40,020 nt of DNA. Source: Eubacteriales bacterium. GTDB lineage: Bacteria > Bacillota > Clostridia > Oscillospirales > CAG-272. This document shows positions 17,567-26,304 of this stretch, one piece after another. The stretch's first letter is position 1. The number at the start of each line of letters is the position of its first letter. The DNA lies in the NCBI GenBank assembly GCA_045533755.1, contig JAZSIJ010000005.1, positions 1-40,020 of the forward strand, in the 5' to 3' direction. A program made the position numbers and the translations under genes. The notes beneath the pieces were generated by a model. It did not search any database. It was not told where the DNA came from and saw nothing but the letters and a program-made list of their open reading frames with translations.

Positions 17567-18601
17567 ATGAAGAAAATAGCGCAGGTTATAGGTTCAAAAA
17601 GACTGACGGCAGACGTTTTGGCGGTTGCCGAAACGGTAAAGAACCTAAGCCGGCGCTTTTCCTTTGACGTTATTATACCCAAAGACGCCGAATACCGAGA
17701 TAGGATTCTGGGACTTGGCGCGAGGGTAATTACGCTCGACACCACACGTGAGGTCAACGCAAAAACAATACTTTTCTTCAAGAGATATTTCTCTGAGAAT
17801 CCGGCGGATATTGTACACACACACGTCTCGGCAGGGGCGAGAATAGGAGCAAGACTCGCAGGAATAAAAAACTGCATATCCTCGCGAGGATTTAATTCGG
17901 GAAAGCCGCGAAGAGCAAAATGGATTACCTCTCCGATTTACAATATCTTCACCACAGCCACTCTTTGCACAAGCGAAAGCTTCTATGACCTGCTTGTTCG
18001 AGAGGGGGTGAAGAGGGACAGAATTCTTCCGCTTCTACCGTACGGTGCTTTTGGCAGCGCTCAAGCAAAGCGTGAGAGGTGTGAAGAAAAAGAGGCGCTC
18101 ATAGTCTGCCCTCTTCCGTTCTACCGCGGATTTGGGCATAAAACTCTTATAAGGGCGTTTTCGAGAATGCAGGAAAAGCATCCGTCAAGGCTTGTTTTCG
18201 TAGGCGACGGCCCCGAAAAAGAGGATTGCCGATTGCTTGTCAGCAGGCTGGGTGTTGGGGGGCGTGTTGATTTTTACAGTAGCGAAATGCTAACCAAAGT
18301 TTACAATATGAAACCGTCACTTACTGTGTTTACTCAAGAGGAGGCATGGGAGCTTCCGTGCGCGCTTCTTGGCGGTGCGCAGACGGCTACCGTTGCAAGC
18401 GACCTTCCCGAAAACAAGGATTTATTCATCGATACGTGTGAGTTTTATCTTTCCGGAGATGAGTTTTCGCTGGAGCGGGCGATGCTTCGGGGACTTTCGT
18501 GCGACGGTGCTTCCGACGTATACGATGCCGATTTCCAAACCCCGCTCGGCTTGATTTGCGACTCGCATGAGCGCATATACACGGCTTTGCTATCTTTGTG
18601 A
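17567..18601 (+). CDS. GT4-like glycosyltransferase-fold protein with degenerate motifs
   Basis: The C-terminal half follows the GT4 pattern (RLVFVGDGPEKE...VFTQEEAWELPCALLGGAQTATVASDLPENKDLF). ATG 17567 (MKKIAQVIG) follows GAGG and is preferred over TTG 17552. Confidence 0.6.
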   Translation: MKKIAQVIGSKRLTADVLAVAETVKNLSRRFSFDVIIPKDAEYRDRILGLGARVITLDTTREVNAKTILFFKRYFSENPADIVHTHVSAGARIGARLAGIKNCISSRGFNSGKPRRAKWITSPIYNIFTTATLCTSESFYDLLVREGVKRDRILPLLPYGAFGSAQAKRERCEEKEALIVCPLPFYRGFGHKTLIRAFSRMQEKHPSRLVFVGDGPEKEDCRLLVSRLGVGGRVDFYSSEMLTKVYNMKPSLTVFTQEEAWELPCALLGGAQTATVASDLPENKDLFIDTCEFYLSGDEFSLERAMLRGLSCDGASDVYDADFQTPLGLICDSHERIYTALLSL

Positions 18602-18677
18602 TTTCTTTTGCGCTTGGTTTGCTAACGTTTTAAGCTGTTGTAGGCACTTCAGAGGGCGCTTTCTATTATTTTTTGGA

Positions 18678-18706
18678 TTGACTTTTGAACTCATATATGA
18701 TAAAAT
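18678..18706 (+). promoter_or_regulatory. Candidate rimM-trmD promoter
   Basis: TTGACT (18678..18683), 17-nt spacer ending in TGa, TAAAAT (18701..18706). Confidence 0.6.
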
Positions 18707-18713
18707 GAATAAT

Positions 18714-19238
18714 ATGAAGAAGGAATATATTGAATGCGGTGTCGTGCGCTCTGCACACGGAGTCCGCGGACTTGTGAAAATTGAATCCTGGTGTGACAGC
18801 CCAAAGGTGCTCGCAGGACAGAAGCGCGTTTTTCTCGCCGAAGGAGACGGCGAATATAAAGAGCTTACCGTTCTCTCGGCTTCGGTTATGGGCGAGCTCG
18901 TCCTGATGGGACTTTCGGGCATAGAGTCGCGCGAGGATGCCTTTGCCTATCGCGGCAGGACGCTTTATCTTCATCGCTCGGACATTCCCGTTGCGCGCGG
19001 TGCGGTACTCATTGCCGACATTATCGGACTTCCCGTAATAGACGCAGGAACCGGAAAAATATACGGCAAGGTAAAGGACGTGACCGACGCTCCGGCATCG
19101 AAGCTTTACGTTATAGAAACCTCATCGGGCGAGGTGCTTTTGCCCGGAGTAAAGGAATTTGTGAAAAGGGTAGATACCGAGGAGGGCGTATATATTACTC
19201 CTATTCCCGGATTTTTCGGTGACGGCGATGAGGTTTGA
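18714..19238 (+). CDS. rimM: 16S rRNA processing protein RimM
   Basis: MKKEYIECGVVRSAHGVRGLVKIES matches the RimM N-terminus, followed by a PRC-barrel-like C-terminus. The 49-codon extension in the ORF track (18567) runs through the promoter and is Cys/Phe-rich junk. Confidence 0.85.
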   Translation: MKKEYIECGVVRSAHGVRGLVKIESWCDSPKVLAGQKRVFLAEGDGEYKELTVLSASVMGELVLMGLSGIESREDAFAYRGRTLYLHRSDIPVARGAVLIADIIGLPVIDAGTGKIYGKVKDVTDAPASKLYVIETSSGEVLLPGVKEFVKRVDTEEGVYITPIPGFFGDGDEV

Positions 19239-19986
19239 CGTGATGACCTTGTTTCCCGATATGGTGAGGGGAGTTCTGTCCGAGAGCATAATCGGCAGAG
19301 CACAGGCGTCGGGAATAATAGAGGTTGAGTGCCATAATATACGAGATTTTTCAAAAGACAAGCATAAAAAGACCGATGATTCTCCGTTTGGGGGAGGTGT
19401 CGGAATGGTTATGACCTGTCAGCCGATTTTCGATTGCTACGCTCACGTAAGAGAGAAAATACCCGAAGATGCCCGTACCCGTGTCGTGTATATGTCGCCA
19501 AAGGGCTCGATATTTAATCATGAAACGGCAAATAGACTTGCCGAATACGACAACCTCATATTCCTGTGCGGACATTACGAGGGGGTAGACCAGCGGGTTA
19601 TCGACTCTATAATAGACGAGGAAATATCCATAGGCGATTACATAGTTACCGGCGGAGAGATACCTGCGTGTATAGTTATAGACGCTGTTTCAAGGCTCAA
19701 GGAGGGTACTCTCGCGTCAAAGGAGTGCTACGAGGGCGAATCGGTTGCCTCGGGCATACTTGAGTATCCGCAATACACCAAGCCGAGAAGCTATAACGGC
19801 ATGGAGGTTCCCGAGGTTTTGCTTTCGGGAGACCACAAAAAAATAGAAAGATGGCGGCTCGAGGAGGCTGTGGCTATAACTAGAGAGCGCCGTCCGGATA
19901 TGCTTCTTCTGCACCCCGAATACGAGGAAGCGCTTTTGCCGAAGGAAAAAAAGATGCGGAGACGTAGGAAGAGCTCCGAAAGTTAA
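19228..19986 (+). CDS. trmD: tRNA (guanine37-N1)-methyltransferase
   Basis: MRFDVMTLFPDM is the canonical TrmD N-terminus. The gene overlaps the rimM stop by 11 nt. Confidence 0.93.
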   Translation: MRFDVMTLFPDMVRGVLSESIIGRAQASGIIEVECHNIRDFSKDKHKKTDDSPFGGGVGMVMTCQPIFDCYAHVREKIPEDARTRVVYMSPKGSIFNHETANRLAEYDNLIFLCGHYEGVDQRVIDSIIDEEISIGDYIVTGGEIPACIVIDAVSRLKEGTLASKECYEGESVASGILEYPQYTKPRSYNGMEVPEVLLSGDHKKIERWRLEEAVAITRERRPDMLLLHPEYEEALLPKEKKMRRRRKSSES

Positions 19987-20003
19987 AAGAAAGGAGGGGT
20001 ACC

Positions 20004-21830
20004 GTGTCGAAAAAATCTATGAAAAGCTTGATATTAGGCTATGAAACACCGGTGTATCTTCGAGAGGACGGCGGTGAGATAAATACCGGAGTGAAGTTTT
20101 GGGAACGCTCCCTGAGCGGAAGCATTACGTCGGCGAAAAAGAAAATATTAACCTCGGGCTTAGTTAAATTTTTCAACAAGCTCTTGAGGTATATAGCCTA
20201 CACAAGCACCAGAGGCTTTGGCGCGCTCTTTCTTACCTTTGGTCTTCTTTCTATAACGCTGGGTCTTGCCAAGGCATATTTCGGTGTGGTGGATTCCGGA
20301 TTCAGCTTTTCGGTAATTGCCGGTGCCGTCCTCGCCATTTTCGCTATTCCGCTGCTTCTCGTGGATAAGCCGTTTTGCATAGCACTTCAGGATTTTAGCA
20401 TTACCGACTACATATTCTTTGAGTTTTTCTCTATAAAGAGAATGCACAGGCAGTCAGGCGAGCGCGGCATTCCCGTTCTCGTTATGGTAATCGTCGGACT
20501 GGTTTTTGCGGGACTTGGCGTCTTTGTCAGCTTGGATAGGGTTCTCGCGGTTATTTTGGCAACGGTGGTGGTATATCTTTCCTTTGCCTCGCCCGAGTTC
20601 GCCTTTTTCTCGATAATAATAATACTTCCGTTAGTTCCGGTGCTTTCGCAGGGAATGCTTGTGCTTGGCTGTATGATAGGCGCCGCGTTTGTTTCCTTTA
20701 TGCGTAAGGTCATATTCGGAAAGCGCGTTTATTCGATAGAGCAGTATGACGTCATTATCGCGCTTTTTCTCGCCTGCGTGCTGATAAGCGGAATCTTTAT
20801 GAGGGGCTTTGAGTCCTTCGGAAGCTCGCTTCTCTTCATGCTGTTCGCTCTTGGATATCCGCTTGCGAGCAATCTTATCGTTAACCGCCGCCTTGCAGAC
20901 TGTGCCCTCGGTGCGTTGCTTATCTCTTCGGTCTTCACAACCGTCAGCACGGTGACAGACGCGGTGAGCGTCATCAAAGCCAAAGGCTTTGCGGCTCTCC
21001 CGGATTACTCGGCGAGGGCTACCTTTGGAAGCTCGGGAGTATATGCCGTTTATCTTGCCGTGGTGATTATAGCATCGGTGTACTTTATATCGGTGTCAAG
21101 GCACAAGCCCATAAGAGCCCTGTACGTTACGGCGTTTGCCGCAAACCTTATCTGTCTTTTCTTGACCGTGCGCCCCGATCTGCTTTTAGCTCTTGTTTCG
21201 GCTTTCATAGGCTACGTAATCGTAAAGCGCGCAGGCAGATTTGCTCCTCTCTCGGCACTTTCGATATTTTTGCCTTTAACTCTGCTTTCTCTTCCCGGCG
21301 AAATATTCGATTTACTTATGAGCGGTATGGGATTTGCGTATTCGAAGTCGGAGCTGCTTTCTCTTTGGGAGCGCTCGTGGGATATGCTGAGGGATAATTT
21401 CTTTACCGGTGTCGGAATCGGAAGCGACAGCTTTATATCCGAAATAGTGAACTACGGACAGACGGGTGCGCCCAACGCCTCAAATCTCTTTATCGAGATA
21501 GGCTGCGAGGCGGGAGTTATTGCGCTCTTCTTCTTCCTTCTTGTTATGGTGGTGCGGATTTTCCATCGCTCGACGTACAGGATATACACGTCGGACTCAC
21601 AGGTAAGCTCACTTTCGCTGACTGCGGGAGCAATGGCAATCGCGCTCGTTGCCATCGGTATGACCGAATACATCTGGGAAGATAACACTATGTACTACCT
21701 TTTCTGGTGCATATTCGGTATTGGAAGCGCGGCTCTGCGCATTTCAAAGCGCGAGCATGACGACAGAGTTATGTACTACGGCGACCTGATGAGCGTTGAC
21801 TCCTCGGTTATAGATGTGAAAATAAATTAA
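20004..21830 (+). CDS. O-antigen ligase / Wzy_C-family polytopic membrane protein
   Basis: 608 aa, GTG start after AAGGAGGGG. At least 10 hydrophobic helices, with a loop containing FFTGVGIGSDSF that is typical of the O-antigen ligase/polymerase family. Confidence 0.6.
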   Translation: MSKKSMKSLILGYETPVYLREDGGEINTGVKFWERSLSGSITSAKKKILTSGLVKFFNKLLRYIAYTSTRGFGALFLTFGLLSITLGLAKAYFGVVDSGFSFSVIAGAVLAIFAIPLLLVDKPFCIALQDFSITDYIFFEFFSIKRMHRQSGERGIPVLVMVIVGLVFAGLGVFVSLDRVLAVILATVVVYLSFASPEFAFFSIIIILPLVPVLSQGMLVLGCMIGAAFVSFMRKVIFGKRVYSIEQYDVIIALFLACVLISGIFMRGFESFGSSLLFMLFALGYPLASNLIVNRRLADCALGALLISSVFTTVSTVTDAVSVIKAKGFAALPDYSARATFGSSGVYAVYLAVVIIASVYFISVSRHKPIRALYVTAFAANLICLFLTVRPDLLLALVSAFIGYVIVKRAGRFAPLSALSIFLPLTLLSLPGEIFDLLMSGMGFAYSKSELLSLWERSWDMLRDNFFTGVGIGSDSFISEIVNYGQTGAPNASNLFIEIGCEAGVIALFFFLLVMVVRIFHRSTYRIYTSDSQVSSLSLTAGAMAIALVAIGMTEYIWEDNTMYYLFWCIFGIGSAALRISKREHDDRVMYYGDLMSVDSSVIDVKIN

Positions 21831-21898
21831 TTTGTGCAATCTGCTACAAAAATTCATTCAAATAATGTAAAATGTTTCAAAAAACTTTTTCAAAACAC

Positions 21899-21927
21899 TT
21901 GATTTTTATTTTTTAATTTGCTATACT
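21899..21927 (+). promoter_or_regulatory. Candidate ptsH promoter
   Basis: TTGATT (21899..21904), 17-nt spacer ending in TGc, TATACT (21922..21927). Confidence 0.55.
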
Positions 21928-21963
21928 ATTTTTGATAAGTAAAGTCTCTAAGGAGAAAGCATA

Positions 21964-22230
21964 ATGATTTCACGCGGCGTAACTATAGAAAACGGCGTAG
22001 GTCTGCACGCAAGACCCGCAACCTTCTTCGTTCAGAAGGCGAATTCCTACAAGAGCTCCATCTGGGTTGAAAAGGGCGATTGCAGAGTGAATGCCAAGAG
22101 CCTTCTCGGCGTGCTCTCGCTCGGTATTTCGCAGGGCTCGGCTATAACGATAATAGCCGACGGTCAGGACGAGGCAGAGGCTGTTGCAGGACTTACGTCT
22201 CTCGTTGAGAGTAAGTTCGAAGGGATTTAA
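21964..22230 (+). CDS. ptsH: Phosphocarrier protein HPr
   Basis: 88 aa. Active-site His in GLHARPA and regulatory Ser in NAKSLLGVLSLG. It has its own promoter and terminator, and ptsI is not adjacent. Confidence 0.9.
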   Translation: MISRGVTIENGVGLHARPATFFVQKANSYKSSIWVEKGDCRVNAKSLLGVLSLGISQGSAITIIADGQDEAEAVAGLTSLVESKFEGI

Positions 22231-22236
22231 GTAGAA

Positions 22237-22268
22237 GAGAGTCGAACCCTCGGTGTTCGGCTCTCTTT
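22237..22268 (+). terminator. Terminator after ptsH
   Basis: 11-bp stem gagagtcgaac (22237..22247) / gttcggctctc (22255..22265) with one G-U pair, followed by ttt. Confidence 0.65.
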
Positions 22269-22333
22269 CGTATAATATAAAATCCACGCCACGCGGAGTA
22301 TAGCAAACGCAAATCTTGGAGGGGAGGTCCTGT

Positions 22334-24223
22334 ATGACGGTGCTCGAAAGACTGAGGGACAAGGCAAATTCGCTGCCGCTGTCTCCCGGAGTTTATATAA
22401 TGAAAAACGCCGAGGGAAAGGTCATATACGTCGGCAAGTCGAAAAAGCTGAAGAACCGTGTGACGAGTTATTTTACCGGCACGGGACACAGCTTCAAAAC
22501 GGCTAAAATGGTCAGCCAGGTACGCGATTTCGATTACGTTGTGTGCTCGACTGAGATTGAGGCGTTGACTCTTGAAAACGTCCTCATTAAAAAGCATACC
22601 CCAAAATACAATATAAAGCTGAAGGACGCGAAGTCCTATCCCTATATTAAGGTAACGGCTGATACCTACCCAAAGATCTTCGTAACCCGAGAGAGAAAAA
22701 GCGACAGGGGAAGATATTTCGGCCCTTATCAAAGCTCACAGGCGGCGCGTACCGCGCTCGAGACGGTGATGAAAATATTTTCTCTTCCGACCTGCAAGCG
22801 TTCATTCCCGAAGGATATTGGCAAGGAGCGCCCCTGCATTTATAAGGAGATGGGCAGATGTATTGCGCCCTGCGCGGGGGGCGTGTCGGCGGAGGAATAT
22901 TCGGCACTTGTAAGGTGCGCCGAGTGGGTGCTTTCGGGCAATTCTAAGGAAACCAAGGCAGAGCTTGCGCGTGAGATGGAGGCGGCGTCCGAGGCGCTTG
23001 AATTTGAGCGCGCGGCAGCCCTGCGCGACAGTATAGCCGCACTTGAGAGGCTCTCGGAAAAGCAGAAGGTCGTGGCAGACTCCAGGGTTAACCGTGACGT
23101 ATTTGCCGTTCACATCTCGGAAACCGAGGGGGCGCTTGCCGTACTTACCGTAAGGGAGGGCGCGCTTATAAATAAGCAGGAATTTATTCTGTCAGCCGAG
23201 GACGCCGCATCAAGCGACGACGTTATTTCGCTGATAGCGGATTATTATGACGGCACAGGAAATCTGCCGAGGGAAATAATGCTCGATTTTCCCCTTTCAA
23301 GCGAGGACACCGAGCTTCTCTCGGAGTATCTTTCGGTAGGTCAAAGACACAAGGTTTCGGTAAGATTTCCCGAGCGCGGCGACGGACGTGCTCTTTGCGA
23401 TATGGCAGAGGAAAACGCAATGGAGGCGGCCAGGCAGTACAGGCTTGAGGGTGAAAGAGAGGACAAGAGCCTTCGCAGGCTCACGGAGCTTCTCGGTATT
23501 CCCGAGCTTCCGCGCCGTATTGAAGCTTACGACGTATCCAATATCGGCAACGAGAATATAGTCGCATCAATGGTAGTGTATCAGGAAAGCAAGCTCAAGA
23601 AAAGCGATTACAGAGTTTTCAATATAAAAACGACGGGGGGCGCCGACGATTACGGCGCTATGCGTGAGGTATTGCGCAGAAGACTTGCCCATATAGGTGA
23701 TGGAATGGCATCGCTCGGTGAAGCTCCCGACATGCTCCTTATAGACGGCGGCGCGGCACACGTCGGTGTCGCTAAAGAGGTCGCGGCAGAGATGAACCTT
23801 GACCTGCTTATATATGGAATGGTCAAGGACGAATTCCATAAAACGCGAGCGCTGACCGACGGGGGCGCGGATATTGCGATAGCTCGTGAAATGAACGTCT
23901 ATGCACTCATTTATAAAATTCAGGAGGAGGCGCATCGCTTCGCCGTCAAGAATTCAGAGGGCGGAAAAATACGCACTATGACACACTCCTCGCTCGAAAA
24001 AATAAAGGGCATCGGGGCAAAAAAGGCAAGGCTACTTCTCTCGAAAATGACGCTCTCGGAGATACGCAACGCAGGTGAAGAGGAGCTCGCAAAAATCGGC
24101 GGCATATCTGCCCGCGACGCTCACGAAATATACCTGTATTTCAAGGAAAAGAAAAAGGAAGGTACTACCCGTGTTAAGAATAATAACAGGAACGGCAAAG
24201 GGAAAAAAGCTGAAAACTCTTGA
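22334..24223 (+). CDS. uvrC: Excinuclease ABC subunit C
   Basis: GIY-YIG N-terminus (PGVYIMKNAEGKVIYVGKSKKLKNRV), a UvrB-interaction region, and a C-terminal HhH (IKGIGAKKARLL). ATG 22334 follows GGAGGGGAGG. Confidence 0.93.
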   Translation: MTVLERLRDKANSLPLSPGVYIMKNAEGKVIYVGKSKKLKNRVTSYFTGTGHSFKTAKMVSQVRDFDYVVCSTEIEALTLENVLIKKHTPKYNIKLKDAKSYPYIKVTADTYPKIFVTRERKSDRGRYFGPYQSSQAARTALETVMKIFSLPTCKRSFPKDIGKERPCIYKEMGRCIAPCAGGVSAEEYSALVRCAEWVLSGNSKETKAELAREMEAASEALEFERAAALRDSIAALERLSEKQKVVADSRVNRDVFAVHISETEGALAVLTVREGALINKQEFILSAEDAASSDDVISLIADYYDGTGNLPREIMLDFPLSSEDTELLSEYLSVGQRHKVSVRFPERGDGRALCDMAEENAMEAARQYRLEGEREDKSLRRLTELLGIPELPRRIEAYDVSNIGNENIVASMVVYQESKLKKSDYRVFNIKTTGGADDYGAMREVLRRRLAHIGDGMASLGEAPDMLLIDGGAAHVGVAKEVAAEMNLDLLIYGMVKDEFHKTRALTDGGADIAIAREMNVYALIYKIQEEAHRFAVKNSEGGKIRTMTHSSLEKIKGIGAKKARLLLSKMTLSEIRNAGEEELAKIGGISARDAHEIYLYFKEKKKEGTTRVKNNNRNGKGKKAENS

Positions 24224-24743
24224 GGGCGAGGCAACCCGTCCAACCTCAGAGAGAATAAAGGAGGCAATATTTTCCTCGTTGCAGTTTGACATAGAGGGCA
24301 GGCGGGTGCTTGACCTGTTTGCCGGCTCGGGACAGATGGGGCTTGAGGCTCTCTCGCGCGGTGCGATCTCGGTAATGTTCGTCGATTCCTCAAGAGAGGC
24401 GATGGACGTGGTCAAGGATAACGCCGCGACTACGGGCTTTACGAGAGAGTGCAAATTCACGGTCAGCGATTGGCGCAACTTTATCAGAAAGGCTTCGGGC
24501 AGGGGCGAGAGGTACGACCTCGTGTTTATAGACCCTCCTTATGCAGACGAGTGCTGTGCCGATGCGGCAATGAGGCTTGCCTCGGGCGGTATGCTCCCTC
24601 TCGGCGCGATAGTCGTGCTTGAATCGGGTACAGAGGAGATACAATTTGACACGCTCTCGGGCTTTGAGCTTCTCAAATCGAAGGATTACGGAAAAAAGAC
24701 AGCTCTTAATATTCTCATTTATCGGGGAGGCGAGGAGAAGTGA
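24171..24743 (+). CDS. rsmD: 16S rRNA (guanine966-N2)-methyltransferase
   Basis: GTG 24171 gives (M)LRIITGTAKGKKL, the canonical RsmD start. Motifs LFAGSG and DPPY are present. RBS aaggaagg at 24155..24162. Confidence 0.85.
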   Translation: MLRIITGTAKGKKLKTLEGEATRPTSERIKEAIFSSLQFDIEGRRVLDLFAGSGQMGLEALSRGAISVMFVDSSREAMDVVKDNAATTGFTRECKFTVSDWRNFIRKASGRGERYDLVFIDPPYADECCADAAMRLASGGMLPLGAIVVLESGTEEIQFDTLSGFELLKSKDYGKKTALNILIYRGGEEK

Positions 24744-25225
24744 GCAGCGTTATTTTGCCGGGAAGCTACGACCCCGTGACACTGGGGCACCTTGCGGTAA
24801 TAGAGCGTGCGGCAAAGCTTTACGACGAGGTTTACGTTGTTGCATTTGTAAATCCCGATAAGGAATACACCTTTTCGGTCACCGAGAGGGTAAGTATGCT
24901 TATGCTCGCTGTCGAGCATCTTCCGGGCGTCCTTGTCAGCTATTCGTCGGGACTTGTCATAGATTATATGCGTGAGCACTCGATAGACAAGATAATCAAG
25001 GGTTATCGCAATCGGTCTGATTACGAGTATGAGCTTTTGCAGGCAAGATGGAATATGGAGCACGGCGGATACGAGACAGAGCTTTGGCAATGCGAGCCCG
25101 AAATGGAAGAGGTAAGCTCGAGCCTCGCGCGTGAAATGATAGCCTCCGACGGTGCGCTTGATAAAATTTTACCCGAAAGGGTAATAGAATACGTCAAAAA
25201 TCTTGACAAAAAGGGTCAAATATAA
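24740..25225 (+). CDS. coaD: Pantetheine-phosphate adenylyltransferase
   Basis: 161 aa with GSYDPVTLGH. GTGA start/stop overlap with rsmD. Confidence 0.92.
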   Translation: MSSVILPGSYDPVTLGHLAVIERAAKLYDEVYVVAFVNPDKEYTFSVTERVSMLMLAVEHLPGVLVSYSSGLVIDYMREHSIDKIIKGYRNRSDYEYELLQARWNMEHGGYETELWQCEPEMEEVSSSLAREMIASDGALDKILPERVIEYVKNLDKKGQI

Positions 25226-25231
25226 TATAAT
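25203..25231 (+). promoter_or_regulatory. Consensus sigma-A promoter for pheST, overlapping the coaD stop codon
   Basis: TTGACA (25203..25208), 17-nt spacer, TATAAT (25226..25231). The coaD TAA is at 25223..25225. Confidence 0.65.
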
Positions 25232-25268
25232 ATTTATTTGGAAACATACACCCGAAAGGAATAATATA

Positions 25269-26291
25269 ATGCAGGAAAGAATTGAAGAACTGAGAAAAAG
25301 CTTCAGTGCGGCTCTTGCGTCGGCTGTCGACGCTGACAGCCTTGAGAGCCTTAGAGTAGAGTATCTCGGTAAAAAAGGCCACGTTGCAGAGCTTATGAAG
25401 GGACTTCGCGATGTCGCTGACAAGCGCGCGGCAGGTCAGCTTATCAACACCCTTAAGGTAGAGGTTGAGAGCGGAATAGAGAAGGCTGCCGAGGAGCTTC
25501 GCGCGGCGGCTATCGCGGCAAAGGTAAGGGGAGCAAAAAAGTATAACCCCTCGCTTCGCGCGGCAGAGGAGCTCGGCTCGTATCACCCAATAACCCTTGC
25601 GACACGTGAGGTCGAGGAGGTCTTTATCTCGATGGGCTTCACCATTGAGAACTATAACGAAATAGTTGACGACTACCAGTGCTTCGAGGCGCTGAATATT
25701 CCGAAGCATCACCCTGCGCGCGATATGCAGGATACATATTATCTTGACAACGGTCAGCTTCTGAAGACGCACACCTCCGCGGCACAGAACCATATTATGA
25801 AAAAGTACGGCGCGCCTCTTCGCGCTATCTTCCCCGGCAGATGCTTCAGAAACGAGTCCACCGACGCCTGCCACGAGAACACCTTCTTCCAGATGGAAGG
25901 CATGATGATAGATGAGAACATCTCTATCTCAAATCTCATCTATTTTATGAAGACGATGCTCTCCGAGGTCTTCAAGAGAGATATAAAGGTCAGACTTCGT
26001 CCCGGCTTCTTCCCCTTCGTCGAGCCCGGCTTTGAGCTCGATATAAACTGCCTTATTTGCGGTGGCGAGGGCTGTCCTTCTTGCAAAAATTCGGGCTGGC
26101 TTGAGCTTTGCCCCTGCGGTATGATTCACCCCAACGTGCTCCGCGAGGGCGGAATTGAAACCGAGAAGTATTCGGGCTTTGCCTTTGGTCTTGGTCTTAC
26201 CCGTCTTGCTATGATGAAGTACGGCGTTAAGGATATCCGCGACTTTAACGGCGGGAATCTGAAATCGCTCTCGCAGTTCAAGTCGGTATAA
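25269..26291 (+). CDS. pheS: Phenylalanine--tRNA ligase alpha subunit
   Basis: MQERIEELRKSF begins a typical PheS, and class II motifs are present (HPARDMQDTYY, FRNE, GFAFGLGLTRL). The upstream 22 codons in the ORF track overlap the promoter. Confidence 0.95.
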   Translation: MQERIEELRKSFSAALASAVDADSLESLRVEYLGKKGHVAELMKGLRDVADKRAAGQLINTLKVEVESGIEKAAEELRAAAIAAKVRGAKKYNPSLRAAEELGSYHPITLATREVEEVFISMGFTIENYNEIVDDYQCFEALNIPKHHPARDMQDTYYLDNGQLLKTHTSAAQNHIMKKYGAPLRAIFPGRCFRNESTDACHENTFFQMEGMMIDENISISNLIYFMKTMLSEVFKRDIKVRLRPGFFPFVEPGFELDINCLICGGEGCPSCKNSGWLELCPCGMIHPNVLREGGIETEKYSGFAFGLGLTRLAMMKYGVKDIRDFNGGNLKSLSQFKSV

Positions 26292-26304
26292 GGAGGTAAT
26301 CTAA

